This document shows, in pieces, positions 9,574 through 23,869 of a stretch of DNA of 64,000 nucleotides (its first letter is position 1; each line of letters opens with the position of its first letter). Position numbers and translations under genes: made by a program. Origin of the DNA: Bigelowiella natans CCMP2755 (lineage: Eukaryota > Protista > Cercozoa); contig ADNK01000136.1 of NCBI GenBank assembly GCA_000320545.1, positions 124,001-188,000 on the forward strand, given 5' to 3'. Below the pieces are notes generated by a model. The model was not told the origin of the DNA, did no database searches, and saw nothing but the letters and a program-made list of their open reading frames with translations.

Positions 9574-12210
9574 ATGATGGCCACAATGGCTCGGGGACCT
9601 GCTGCTTCTCGAAGATTTGGTGCCCACAATGGCGCATGGAGAAACCAAATCGTTGCATTTTTAACCGCAACACCAACAAGGAGAACAGAACGTGACAAAT
9701 TCTTTAGTACCAGACGAAAATTCAACCCCACGCTTCTTGCGGAAGGACTCTTGCAGGGAAAGCGTACCGCTTTGAGCCGAGCGATAACAATGGGTACGAC
9801 AGCAGTTGACGAACATCATATACACATCGTGCTGAATGCTGAGTGCTTTATTTAGTGGAAAGCCACAATTCCGAGCACCAAGAGAAGGCGTTCGATCTTT
9901 TTGAGCAAATAGCAATACTGTTGAAGGGAAATCGGGAAGGAGGTATAAAACTCATTCAAGGCAACTGACTACAGATTTAATACTACAATCATATCTTTTA
10001 GAAAAGACAGATAAAAAATTTCGAGTTGGAATAACAGGTCAGTCGGTCTCATCTCATACAGCTGCGCCTACGTGGGTAGTATTAGGATGACAGTAACCCT
10101 TTTTGTGTCAATATGTAAGGCCCTCCAGGTGCGGGGAAATCCACATTTATAGCTTCTCTTGGAATGCACTTGCTTCAAAAGGGTCACAAGGTGTCAACTT
10201 GTCGAATCGAAGGCAGTGAATGATAACCAACTATGGTTCTGTTTGTGGGTGCAATTTTGTGGATTGAGAAGATTCCCGCGTGGTTGTTTTGATACGTAAA
10301 TTAATTGTTCAACGTTTTTTCTAATTTCGAAAGTACTAAATGCCATACAACTGATTCTTACTGTCTAAGGTTGCTGTCTTGGCTATTGACCCTTCATCGA
10401 CTCGCACAGGGTAATTACTATTCAGTAAAAATGCGTTATTAAATATGGCTCGAAACTAAGTGGTTTAGTGGCATATTATATTGTCGTAATTGAGTGTGGA
10501 AGATTTTTAAGTAATCAGAGTAGCTAAGTCCTTGTCCCTCGTCTGTATCTCATTTGCACACCTCCTCTTCCTCCTCGATATTATTGTCAAACGGTGAATA
10601 TTTACTTCAGGGGGTCTTTACTGGGAGATAAGACTCGAATGCATGACTTGTCCTTAGAGCAGAACGCGTATATACGGCCGTCACCTTCAGGAGGACATCT
10701 AGGGGTGAGCTGCTGGTGGTGGAAATGATAGATGTTGTTTATTTTCTCTAGTCTCATCTCTTTCCCAGTGCTTGCGATAGTAGTGTTGTGGGGATAATAG
10801 GACGGTCTCAACACTCAAGGAATTCAACTATGTTTAGGGAATTGCACATGCGACTTCTGAGAGCGCTACTCTGTGTGAAGCAGCTGGATATGATGTTTGT
10901 CTTATTGAGACCGTAGGTGTCGGACAGTCGGAAACAGCGGTAGTCGTCATTGTCATCAACATCATCACAATTTTAGCTTTGGTACAAATAACACGAGGAG
11001 CAGTCTGACCCTTAATGGCGGTCACTTATTGCTTAATAGGTGTCTGAGATAGTTGATTTGGTGCTCTTAATTATGCCACCAGCGGCTGGCGATGACATCC
11101 AGGTTGTATTTATGCACATCTAAAGCGAAGAAGAGACTGGCATTATTAATAATTCATCCTTATGATTAGGGCATGAAGAAAGGAATTGTGGAAATAGCAG
11201 ACCTTATTGTCGTAAATAAGGTCGATTCCGAAGTTTAAGCATCATATTGAATGAGAAGAAACTAACTGAGACTGGAAATCAAGCTACTTTGTTCAATAAA
11301 CTCTCCTTATCATCATCAGGCAGATGGTGCTTTGCTCCCAAAAGCGAGGCATACAAAAACTGATTACCAACACGCATTGCAATTGCTAAGACCCAAGTAT
11401 AAATATTTTTGGTTTCATTGTCAAATTGTTTCTCATAATAAATCTTTCCTACAATATAGATACAGTTTTTGGAATCCTAGAGTCCTTTTGTGCTCGTCGT
11501 TGCCGCCAACAACGTAATATTGAAAAGTTATTGATATCTTACTACATACTGGTAGTTGAATAGTAGTAATAGTAGTAGTAGTAGTAGTTGTTGTTGTTGT
11601 TGTAGTATCTGTGAATTTAATAGCTGTTTGTACTGTGACTCTGTGTTTTGATCTTCTACTATCTTTTGTTACAGGGATGTTAGTGCTGTGGATAAATCAA
11701 TTGTGGAAATATGGGACAATGTCTGTGAATTTAAAGTGAGTTCCGAGCATGGTTCTCTGTTCGTTGTTCGTTTACTTCACATTGTATACAACAATTTGTT
11801 ATTTATTTTGTGTATTATTTGCTAATCCAGAAAGTATTGGAAGATGTAGGAGAAATTCACAAAATCCGTAAATCTCAACGAGAGCAAGTATTGTGAAAAA
11901 AGAAGGCAGATCGTCTTATTTTCACTCTCTAAAATATTGTTTTGATATGATACTTAGATGATGTGGAAAGAAGTGCATAGTCGGATATTAAGTCTTTGTG
12001 ATGGATCCTCAGCGGATCAAACATTAGTTATAAGGATAAATAAGGTTGGTGCGTTCGTAACATGGGGAGTATTATGGATTTATGCGTTGGTGATTTATTA
12101 TTTCCTTTTTTAAGATACGGGATGCTGTCATAGCCAACCAGATGCTTCCTCGTCGAGCGGCCAGAGCTATAATGAAAATTCTTTTCGAGGGGAGTCCCTG
12201 GAGAACATAA
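9574..12210 (+). CDS. MMAA: MMAA/MeaB GTPase (methylmalonyl-CoA mutase chaperone), multi-exon
   Basis: ALSRAITM|VES, RVGITG|[46 protein letters not shown]|[11 protein letters not shown]; Arg-rich mitochondrial-type leader. Confidence 0.93.
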
Positions 12211-13058
12211 AATGGAGTTGTTGTTCTTAGATTCTTAAATGTGTTGATCATCGCACGCAACAGTACTGCGTGTCATTCAAAATCATGCGTCCGCGCGCGT
12301 TAAGATGCCATACGAAGCAGCGCTGCCGCTGACACTAGAACAGTGCGACATGACTAGATGAAGCTAATGACCAATGACCAGTCTAGCAGTGCAGCCGACT
12401 GAATTATCTGATGTTTGTGTCTTTTCAATTGCATCACGCTAGCTAGCACGCCTGGTTAGGCGTGTGTAAGTGGCCATACGACATACGCGTGCGTAGAATG
12501 GATGGTTTTGATATCGGCAAATAATAGCAACAACCACATCACGCCGTTGCTAGTTGGACATACATCACACCCTAGCTAATAGCGCTCGTCGTAGGATGTT
12601 GATTGTGGCACACGAATACTTCAACCTCAAAATGCAGTGAACACGCTAGCACGTCTAGACGATGCATCCCATATATATGTGTCCAATCCATGCTGTGCCC
12701 ATGGTGAATTTCAAAAGCATTTGCAAATTGCATTGATGGCTTTGATTTGATTATGTTAGTGTGCAACGCGCAAAGTGTATCCTCATATTAAGATTCGTTT
12801 GGATCGGCCAGTGCAGCTGCTCGGACGTGGTTTCTCAATTCAGTAAGACCAATAGGACATACATTTAAAATGGGAATCCTTGGCTTGAAGTCTGTGGGTT
12901 GAATAAAAGCAATCGTGAATCATTTCTATATTTATTACGTAGAACGTGGTATCCTACGAACCTGTCCATGCAAACTGTACAGAAAGCCTCCATCATTCAT
13001 CTCCATCCCCCCTGATGAACAAACAAACGCAGATCGAGTCTCTTCTCTAGAATAATAG

Positions 13059-14111
13059 CTATTTACCCCACAACGACGCACCTAATATACAAGTGTATAC
13101 AAGTGTAGACTAGATCATAATATACCTTTGATTTTCCCGGCAAGAATACCTGCATATACACATGCTCCGCGAGCAACGACCTCCATAGGACTTAATGTTC
13201 CATCTACAGTTGGATACGTAACCAATTGGAGTATATCCGTACACATTAATGAAAATGCTGTTGGAACGCACTCGTAAATACAATTTCTGATCTCTTCTCT
13301 ATATTTGTTTGACAAGAATCAATACCGTGGGTGAGATTTGTGATGAATTCAGCTCTCCTGCGAATCGATGGAACATACGATGATCCACCGACCAAAACCA
13401 GTTTTGTGACTGGGATTGCACCCTCTAGACCAACCTTACAACAACAAGTATAAGCCATCATCATTAATACGAGACGACGTGTTTCTTGAACAAAGATTAT
13501 CTCTCAATTTTTGCTAGAAGGATAGACAGATCGATGTTACATTGGGAAGTTCTATAGCTGCATCTGCTGCCGCGTGGAGTATGCATTCTTGAATCTGATC
13601 TATTATGTCCTCCACAGATGATTCGAATTCAACTGTGCTGATCTGGAATCAAGAAAGAACTTAGATGAACCATAAGAGGCATATAAGCAGCATTCAAAGA
13701 GATAATATCAACCGTGATGGAACAATCTTCAAAGCTTAGTGTGATCTCATCGTTCTCGGAGAGTGCTTCCTTTGCTTTCCGCGCATGCGATAGTAATTCG
13801 AATTCCTACAAATATGTAGTTGTCATCACAGAATGGTTGGATTCCTTTGGCTTTGGCAATCAGTCACATAAAACTAGTTCTCAACAAACATCATCTCGCA
13901 ATTCTACACAGATTGACTACCGATCTAATGATTTGATGTTGCACTTCAAGCTTTTCCTTTATAATCTTGGCCATCTTCAGGTCTAAATCCCGGCCGCCCA
14001 CCTATATTAATACTAATGTGAAAATGGGCAGACAACGCACACTCCTTATTGTCCTTGAGAAAGTAATGCTCTTTTTAGTAGGCGAACGTGGTAGCAGCAG
14101 CAGTAGTAGTG

Positions 14112-14142
<31 letters not shown>

Positions 14143-16281
14143 GTAGCTACTGACATTTGCAGCAGCTGTTGAAATGATCTCTATAATGCCCGACCTATGA
14201 TTCAACATCATGCCATCAGCCACATCCTTAGAAGATGATTGATGATGAACCATGAGAGACACAACATGAACCGAGATTTTTCGCCAATCTCACCAGCTTT
14301 CTACGAAGGAAACATCCGTGGTTCCAGCTGTGCAAGTGGTAAAAATAAGAGAAATAGTGATGTTCTAGTTAATTGGTATAAGCATTTCATTGCTACGAGC
14401 ACTTACATACACACACACGCACGCACACACACACACACCTACACACACACGCTCCTTCTACCTCCGATATCCAAAACGGTAATGACTTGATGCTCATCGT
14501 TTAACCATTCAGTTCCGTAAGCCAACGCAGCTGCGACAGGCTCCTGTAGTGTACAGCAGTGTAGATTAATGATTCAAGAAGTTGAATCTCTGAACATATG
14601 TCGTTCAATCCCAAAGAGACGTACGACACGGTCCCTAGCTTAACGTATAACCTCTTTCTTACATCATCCATGATTAGACCTAACAACCTGTAGAAGAGCT
14701 ATCTTGTCCAATCCAGCCATTTTACCTTATTTTTTGGTTTAGTACAACTATTTGTTGGTTTACATTACTTTTCTTCTCTTCCTCGCATACACGTGAGTCG
14801 TTGCTTACCAGCGGCAATAGTTTGCTCTGCCTGCTTTGGTCTAGGCAGAAAAATAAGAAAATAATGAAGAAAATATCATTCAACCGCAAAATAGAAGTTA
14901 ATAAGTTAATATGGTTACTGAGAGTTTGCAGGTATTGTCATCACAGCAGCATTGAGATTGGACGCCTTTTTTTAAAATACCAGAGTCACAACAAGCCAAA
15001 GCTTTCCATGCATAATAGATTCACATGGAGATCTACCTACCCGCTCAATCAAATTTTTAATGATATGACTTGCTACGAAGTCGACTGGGTATGCCTTCCC
15101 TATTGTGAATGGTGATGCGTAAAGCAAATCAACATAGTAGTCGCACTAATCCAGGAACTCCATTACCTGTTGGTGCTACGGCACAAATACTGCAAGACGA
15201 CCTGCTACTCCTGCTACTACTTTCTATATTTTTCTTAGAATCAGGACTATTAAGTAAGATGCCTTGTCTTGAGGCTTCACGACATGCCTAAAATAATGAT
15301 TTAGTGTCGGTGCCAAACACAGCAGCACCAACAATTTTAAGCTCATGAATTTGAATATGAATAGATTGAAAGTTGGACAATTTACCTCTTCAAAACTTTT
15401 GCCAAGGAGCGCCTTGATGCAAGGCACAAACAACGGTGCCTTCTCTAAGGAAACATGAGCTACTGTCAACTTGGTGATGAGAACATTGGGAATAGTGCTA
15501 CCAGAGTTCTTATTTTTTGCCCAGAATTCAAGGGCACTATCCCCTACCAAGACAACCTGTTGACAATTTTTAAAAAATGCAAGCTTCACTCAGAAACAGT
15601 AAGCAAATAGTTATGTTTGTGTACTTCCTCCTCCTCCTCTGAGTCTATAAGTGCCACAGCAGACGGGAGCAAGGTGCCAGTCGATAGGCTGGAAGAATAA
15701 GGTAAAATAATAAGAGATAAAAGAGGGAGGGAGATAAAGGTTCTGAATAGTATACCTTCCTGAATCACTTTCTCTCCTACCATCTAAATCCTTTGCGTTT
15801 TTATCAGCTGCTAGAACAACAGTTTCGGCATGTTGATTCAATACCGCAATGAGGCTGTTCGAAGTGCCCTGAAAAGGTAATAAGTACCAAAAAACAACAT
15901 CACTTCCACTCTGTAATCGTTTTAGGAATAAATCTCACTAAGTCAATGCCAGCAACGTTAATTGCGTCCATATCATTGACGTCAGCGCTCTTCATCCATC
16001 GCTTTCTTGTGTGTTTGCTGGGATGATGACTGGAACGTAGATGCAATGCAAACATACTATTATCTACTGGGCGCAATCTTGTTCGACTTAACTCTGCTCC
16101 GCCGAGTCTATCTGAGATTTAACACAATTCTCTTATTATTCTACAGTCGCAGCACACTGAAACAACACTAATGACCTTGCATTGAAGACTGCCCTACCAG
16201 AGCGATCATCAAGAACCCTACTGCAATCGATGCAATGGCTAGAGCGAAGGATTGCTTCTTTGCCTGCCATATCCTACCCAT
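13059..16281 (-). CDS. Hsp70-family protein, nucleotide-binding domain only, with hydrophobic N-terminus (HSPA13/STCH-like architecture)
   Basis: GIDL|GTSNS, AVMTIPA, EPVAAALAYG, VLDIGG, LVLVGGSSYVP, PMEVVARGA, then AGKIK|GASLWGK*; leader FALAIASIAVGFLMIAL. Confidence 0.75.
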
Positions 16282-17188
16282 GAAGAGTGATAACGTGGGA
16301 CTGATCTTTGAGTTTAACTGGATGTTCCCTCCCTCTATTGTCAACCAGTCAGTCTTTTGGGGCTAGCCCCTACTTACTACGAGCTGTACTACCCTACTAT
16401 CGAAGTGTGTTATCTGCCCTGGGAGGGAGACATAAACGACATAAGCAAAGCATGAGTAGTATCCCAATTATTACCTATAAAAAATAATAAGTTTTACAAC
16501 ACACAAAACAAATTTAGAAGCGGAGATATTTATTTAGATAAGAGTCGTATTATCGACTGTCTAACTACAAGTATCAAAAGTTAACAAAAAGTGTCGGAAG
16601 ATGGTGGATATTGCGACAGAATATGTAGTACTTAGCATAATCTAGGCATATATTTCTGACCAAATAGGATTAACATACTCGAAACTGCTTGTACAACACA
16701 ACACAACACAAGTTGTTGTAGAAAGTCAATGTAACGAGATATAATATCACTTTTCGGCCATTGTTCCTGATGTTAATCGTAGTAGTTTTCCTAGTACAAC
16801 AGAGAAGAAAAAGAAAAAGAAGAAGAAGAGAGGCACAAGGGTGTCTATCCTAGCAGCAGCAGCTGTAGTAATAGTACTGTGTTTTTATCCTGCGACAAAG
16901 GAAATTTAAAGGATCTGTCAAGAGAGCCTCGGTGATTATTTCGAGATCCCGACATATCCTAAATTTCCCCCCTCCCCCTCCTTATTAATCGCGTTCCATC
17001 GAAGAGACGACGGTCCAGAATAAGAGTCAACATATGCTTGTGGATGAGAAATAAATTTAACTCTTCTGGGCATCAACAAACGGATTTTAGGTCACAAGTC
17101 TTATGAAAGAACATATCCCAATCGAATCAACACAGATCATTCATACATTTTTTCTAGGGACTCCACTTGCTTCTGAAGAGGGCGGTGC

Positions 17189-20100
17189 GATGAGCATGCA
17201 AGATGGGACTGTTGGAGATATTATCAACACAATCCCTGTGATATCCCAGGTAGTATCTATTATTTTGCAAGGGAAAGACTTCGGCGATGATGCATGTACT
17301 TCTTGGATTGCACTAAGCACCACTTCTACGCCCATTGTTTCATTTTAAAGTTGAAGTCCCTGGCACAAGCTTTTGTGGGAGATACCAAAGGAGCACGTCT
17401 AACTCAAAAGGTAGGTTGATGCGCCTTTGAGTGGCCCTACTACTACTACTAATATCAATATATCTGAGGAATAATAATAATTTGGTCTATAGTCATTTCT
17501 GGACCATGGCATCCTTGTGTCACAGGTAGTAGTAGTAGTAGTAGTAGCAGTAGTAGTTATTGTTATTATTATTGTTATTGTTGTTGCAGTAGTTGTAGTT
17601 TCCGGTAGTTCAATTGTTAGACAAATAAATGTTTGCGTCACTCGTTACAAAAAATAATACGTTGGTTCTTCATATATCGCACGTCGTCGCAGATGAAGAG
17701 TGCTGTCCAAGCTATCTCTGGGGATCGAGAAGGAGCGAAACTTACCCAAGAAAAATTCATTACCCAGCAAATGAGATTTTTCCAAGGGACTGGGAGACTA
17801 CTTACAGGTGATTTCAGCATTTCGAGTCTATACGTTAATGTCAAGGGTGCTTCCTTTTTGTTTAAAATGTCTTTCTGTTCTAATGATACATATTGCGGCA
17901 TTGTTTCAATAATCAGGGTACCACCTATCCAATAGACTGCGACATGAAGCATCTCTGGAAAGAAATCCCAACTGGATGGTAATCAACTGTATAACGTAGA
18001 AAAGAGGGAATAGAAGGGAAACGACGTGTCTATATTTGTTGTTATCATTCAGGCGTCAATCCCAGACGGAGTTTCGTTATGGAGCCTCACACTTCCAGGG
18101 ACCCATCATTCAACTGCATACACATTTCAAGGGACTGAATTGAGCCTGCCCATGCATCGGACACAAAGGTGATGATGGCCACAGAGCAGTAACGAATTTC
18201 ATAAAGAATATTGACAGATGTCTCAATTCTTCCATTTTATTTGTTCTTTTGCCAGATTCCCAATATACGAGCAGTTGGTGGGAGGGGTGCGGTTCTTGCA
18301 TGTACAGATGGTGACCGATCTAAAGTCTCAAGAGTCTATGTGTTGCACGGGGCAAAGGGACACGAAAGGCAAGCCCTGCGCCAAGAGCATGCTGACAGTA
18401 CCGCTTTCAACCTTGTTGAAAGACTTGAGGAAATTCGTAGAAAGTTTTACGTCAGAAATAGTAGTTTTACACGTCCAGTCAGTTATTCCTCTCCTTCCAC
18501 ACCTTGATTGTCGCTCTGAACCCATCAACTATTGGAAAGACCAAATCATAGATTTTCTGGGGAAAAGGTAGAAATAATTGCCAACAATGATGCAACAAAA
18601 TAGAGTGGTGATTGATATGATTCCCCCTTCTTTCTAAATTACTTTAACTTTACAATGCAGATTGTGCCATGACTGTAATCCGGGATCATCGTCGTCATCG
18701 TTATCTTCATCAATGTCAATCTCGTCAAAGTCAGAGATTGAGATGACAGTTGGAAATTTAAGGGGTAAAGTGGTGCTGCTGATGGGGGCAGAAAAGATAT
18801 GGTCATCCCTCCCTCACACTAGATCATCATTACCAGTTGAAGTGGTGGATCGGTTGTTATTGATGACAAAGGATGAGGAGATGAAACGTCTCCTTCCCTT
18901 GACTTCTAAGATTAGCAACTTGCTAATAACTAAGTCAGAAGAGAAGAATGACTCTAGAACATCTCAAACATTCTCATCCTCCATCATCAGAAATGAAAGA
19001 GCTAGCACGATAAGGGAGAGTAAATATGATCCCTCTCTTCCCTCTCTACCCAACTCCCTCGCATCTTCTTCCAAATCCATATCTAGTGCCAAAACACCTT
19101 CGCCCCCAGCTGCTGCTGCTGCTGCTGGTGGTGGTGGTGGTGGTGTGTTGTCTTCGTCGTCTTCCACATACCAGCATTCTATCAATGAAGCTGCTCCCCC
19201 TGCACCAAAAACTACACCGCCAATTGGTCCACCCTCCTCCTCATTCTCACCGTCAAGGACACTATCTACAATGCAACTAGACAGCTTTTTGAAGGAAGAC
19301 ATCAGCGTGCCGCTGCGGCAGCAGCAACAACGGCCACAGCAACGACAAGGTATAGGCGATGAAGAAGGATCAGACGGAGATAGTTTGGTAATAGTGGAGA
19401 ATCAACTCAAGGACAGCAATCTAGAGAAACCCCAGCAGAGAAAGGCCGCTGTTGGTACCGCTCCTCCTGATGGTGGTAGTGCTGGTGCACTACACCATCA
19501 GTTGAGTCACGTAGCTGCCTTTTCGTCAACAATGGCTGATCGTGTAGTAATTTTCCACGCCCATGTCTCTCCTTCACCATACGCGCTTAAGGTGAAATAA
19601 ACTTACAGGCTTTGATTGACATCTTTGATGATGATATTCTTGCATTTAATGATTCCTAGTTCCTTCCCCTCATCATAATGCGTCCTGATATTTACACCAG
19701 GTGGTAAGTGTAGGTGGGGGACTAATGGCAGACGCTGAAGTCACTAATCAGCTGCTCCTCCAAAGAGTAATTTGTTGGCAGTGTTAGGCGAGATAGACCG
19801 CAATTTCAATTTATTTTCGCATGAGCATTGTGGTTCTCCTGTTTTTGGTCTTTTTATGATATTTGCCTCATACTCTGATTAAGTCGCCACGTGATGTGTA
19901 TGTATATAGGTTCTCTTTCCCTCTCACGAGAAAAAGCCTCGCATACGACAAAAAGCACAAAGAGACGGTAGCTCTGAAACTGGTGCTGCTAGTAAATTGA
20001 TCACGCTATCTATGCTGGATTGTTGCCAAGTGGTCCTCGTAGATTTCATCCATTCAGATATAATCTCCACCATCATAAACTACAACCACATCAATGCGGC

Positions 20101-20779
20101 ACCCAACGCTGTTCGCACCTGCTCCAGGTGAATGAGTAGCATGTATAATAAATAACACTTGTTGCGGCATTTTGTAACCGTGGCGTGCAGGAGATGTAAA
20201 ATGAGTTCAACACAACTTGGAGTTATTATCGTTGCACATGATAATCATTTGATATTCCTTCATTATCCCATCATCATCATTTATTTCCTCTTTTTTAATC
20301 ATATTCAGATTTCCTGGTGGTAACCTAGTGCGTATGCGTAGAGCCTCTGAGTGGCTTTCAGAGCGTCTTGATAATGACAATAGAGTCGATGAAATCGATC
20401 CAACGAGCACGGTGGGTAGTAGCAGTAGCAGTAGTAGTAGTTGTAGTAATAGTTCGGTTGTGATCAATCAAACTCGCGGTAGCAGCAAGGACAACAACAA
20501 CAACTACTACTACTACTACTACTACTACTACAATACTGGTGCTTGTCTGCCGCCTATAATCATAGGGTTACCACTTATCGCTCCCCCTTTTCATTTCTCT
20601 ATGTAATACGTAAGTTGTCTGATTTTGCTTTCTTTCCTTCCTTCTTCCTCCTCCCTCCCTCCCTCCTGCAGGTGCAGGTATCGTGCAACAAACCAATAGA
20701 AATTGCTCTAGGTGTACTCAGAGAGGGCTCCGAAGTCTTCACTAACAGAGACTACACGTAATACAATAACTCCTGCTTC

Positions 20780-20810
<31 letters not shown>

Positions 20811-20923
20811 GTTATTATTTTATATGAACAACATTTGGTTGCTGAAGGTTAGAACAGGGGTATACGTACATTAGAGAACTAATTACCCAACCACTTCTAC
20901 TGCTACTAAGGCTACTACAACTA

Positions 20924-20960
<37 letters not shown>

Positions 20961-21363
20961 CCTACGCACAGGTACCGCCACGTTCCTGAAACGCTATTAG
21001 GAGGAACCATCATACGCTTGCCTCATGTGCTGCCGTTCAACACAAAGATTTCCGTCACTTTGTCGAGTCTCCAATCCACTGTTTATGTTATTGTGGAACG
21101 ATTTGAAAGAAATGGCGGCCTTCCCCGTGCATTGACAGCAAGAGGATGGCATAAGTCAGGCACTTCTCCCATCATCCCTGAACAAAAGTAATGAGATAAT
21201 TATGATAGTGTGTCATAGCGTGTGGTAGTGAATAGTAGCAGTGCTACTAGTAGTAGGATAGTGCTGGTGCAATAATTGTAGGGTTTTTCTGCTACTACAG
21301 CAAAATTGAAATTGTAATTTACATCAAGAACAGTACATGCTCAAACACAAACACAATAACACA

Positions 21364-21402
<39 letters not shown>

Positions 21403-21463
21403 ATGGCGGGAGCACAAGACGGTAGCATAGCAGCACCTACTTACATTGATATTCACACACGCG

Positions 21464-21554
<91 letters not shown>

Positions 21555-23703
21555 ATTCATATTTACTCTCTAATATTATTACTAACTACCTAACTACTTG
21601 TATTGTATTGTTATAACGATCAAGGTATGGACGAAAGCCATTGTTAGTCTTGTACAAGAGCTTCACTCCTGGTGTCGTGATGCTTCCAGCTCTTGTGGAA
21701 GAAACATGCATGTCGCTTGTTGTTGTCACTCAATTTAACCAAAGGAACTATACCAAAAGACAGCAGAAAGTCTTAGAATGTGCGAGGCATATCCTTGACA
21801 ATCGTGCTGATACATATCAAAAAATAGCAGCTCTTGTTGAAAGGGAGAATGAATTGCTGGGGAGCTTACTCCGATTTACACTCATTCCTCGGCGTAAGAG
21901 GAGAAACGATAATAACAAGAATTATAACAATAATATCAAGGCAGAAGCAGGAAACAAGTGTAGCGCCGATTGCAAGGTAGAAAAACAGCAACATCATCAT
22001 CATCAGCAGCAGCAGCAATTGCAGAATAGATACGAGATAGAAATGTCAAACAGAAGGAAATGGAAGGCAGTACATGACTTTAAAGGAGAGAGAATGGGAG
22101 ATTTGAGTGTGAAGAAAGGTGACATTCTTACGGTGGTCAAGAAGATCAAGAATAATACTAAGAATAAGGAAGAAGAGGCCAATGACGACAGCGCCGACGA
22201 TGATGGGTCACTATTAGCATCACAGCCAGGATGGCTACTAGTGGCTAAGGGGGTGCTGCCGGTGCCCAATAATAAGGAAGAAGAGGAAAAGAAGAAGAAG
22301 AAGAAGAAGAAGAAGGGACAAGTAGATACTGCTGCTGCTGCTGCTGCTGAAGCTAGGACTAATCATGACCTAGATAAGAAAAAAGAAGCGAATATTGCAG
22401 CATCAGCAACAACAACAGCAGGAACAACAATAACATCGTTATCACCAAGTATGGTGGGTTTCTTCCCACAATGTTTAATGATCACGAACGATGATAACGA
22501 TAATCATGATCACGGCGACAACAACGACGACGACGACGACGGAGAGGAATCGAACGATCAGTTCCTACCTCAAGGAGGAGGAGGAGGAGAGGGGGGGGGA
22601 GGTAGTAGCAATAATAGGAATGATGATGATCATGGCGATGATAATCGTAATAATGGTGGCAGTTTCGGCAAAAAGACCCATCATAAGAAGTTGACGGGTT
22701 ATGATTGGCAGCAAATAGGGACCATAAAGGAGGAATATTCACATGATGATTGTAAAGAGAAGGAGGATAGCGACGTCAGCAGCAGAGATGGTCAGAATGG
22801 CGATCTTCGTTGTATGGAGAGTAATGAGAAGAAGGAGAAGAAGAAGAATGGGAAAAATAACGGCGACGAACAAAAGTCCTCTGTGCAGCACCAAACTAAG
22901 AAGAAGGCAAAGACTCCTCCAGCTCCATCTGAAGCCCCCCCCCCTCCTCCTCCCCCAAGGAGAACCAATCAACAACAGCACTGTCTTTTGAGTGGGAAAA
23001 AGTCCCAAACACCGAAGGAAAGATCGACAGTTATGACTATTCAAGCCCCTCCCTCCTCCTCCTCCAATCAGGACCATCATTCCTCTTCCTCTACTTCATC
23101 AGAGGAACAAAGGAAAACAAATCAGCAAAGTCAAAAAGAGATATCATCATCATCTTCACCATCTTCATCATCGTGTGTGAAGTTTTCTCCTTCATCATCC
23201 AAGTCTTCGTTGTCTAAAACAGCGTCGTCTTTTTACTCCTACGTAATCAATCAAAGAAGGGGAAGTACAAATAACACTATATATGAGGAGAAGGGTGAGG
23301 AGGACACGGATGAGAAGAATAATAAGGAGAAGGGATATGGAAGCAGCAGCATAAGCGATGACAAAGGCCAGCTGCTGTGGAATAAACTTGTGGCAATAGA
23401 GCCCTCAGGTAGGAGTGCCTGTGTATATGCTTACGTGTGTGTGTGTGTGTGTGTGTGTGTTATTGTCAGCATCATGTCTCTCTTGAAAAGCGTAATTATG
23501 ATTATAATTTATTACTACTACAATGATCACCTTGTTCACCTGCTTGCTGCTGCTGCTGCTACTGCTGCTTCTTCTATCCTTTTTCTTCTTTCTACACATC
23601 ATTTCATAGAGTACAGAGGAAAAGAGGCTGATTTTCAGGGCATTTTTGGACGTTGGCTTACAGAGGTATACTAATTCTTCAGAAAAACTAACAGACGTTG
23701 TCG

Positions 23704-23734
<31 letters not shown>

Positions 23735-23836
23735 AAATTTAATGTGGTTGGTTGCAGCGTTCTTCACTTAGTATTATGTAAGATTGGTTAAAGCAGCAGC
23801 TATTCCCATCTTCTTCGCTACCACCACCACTCTACA

Positions 23837-23869
<33 letters not shown>

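Noticed and set aside
13047-13066. Possible 20-nt nucleomorph-style intron extending Hsp70
   Set aside because: Adds only a short unconserved tail; other introns here are much longer
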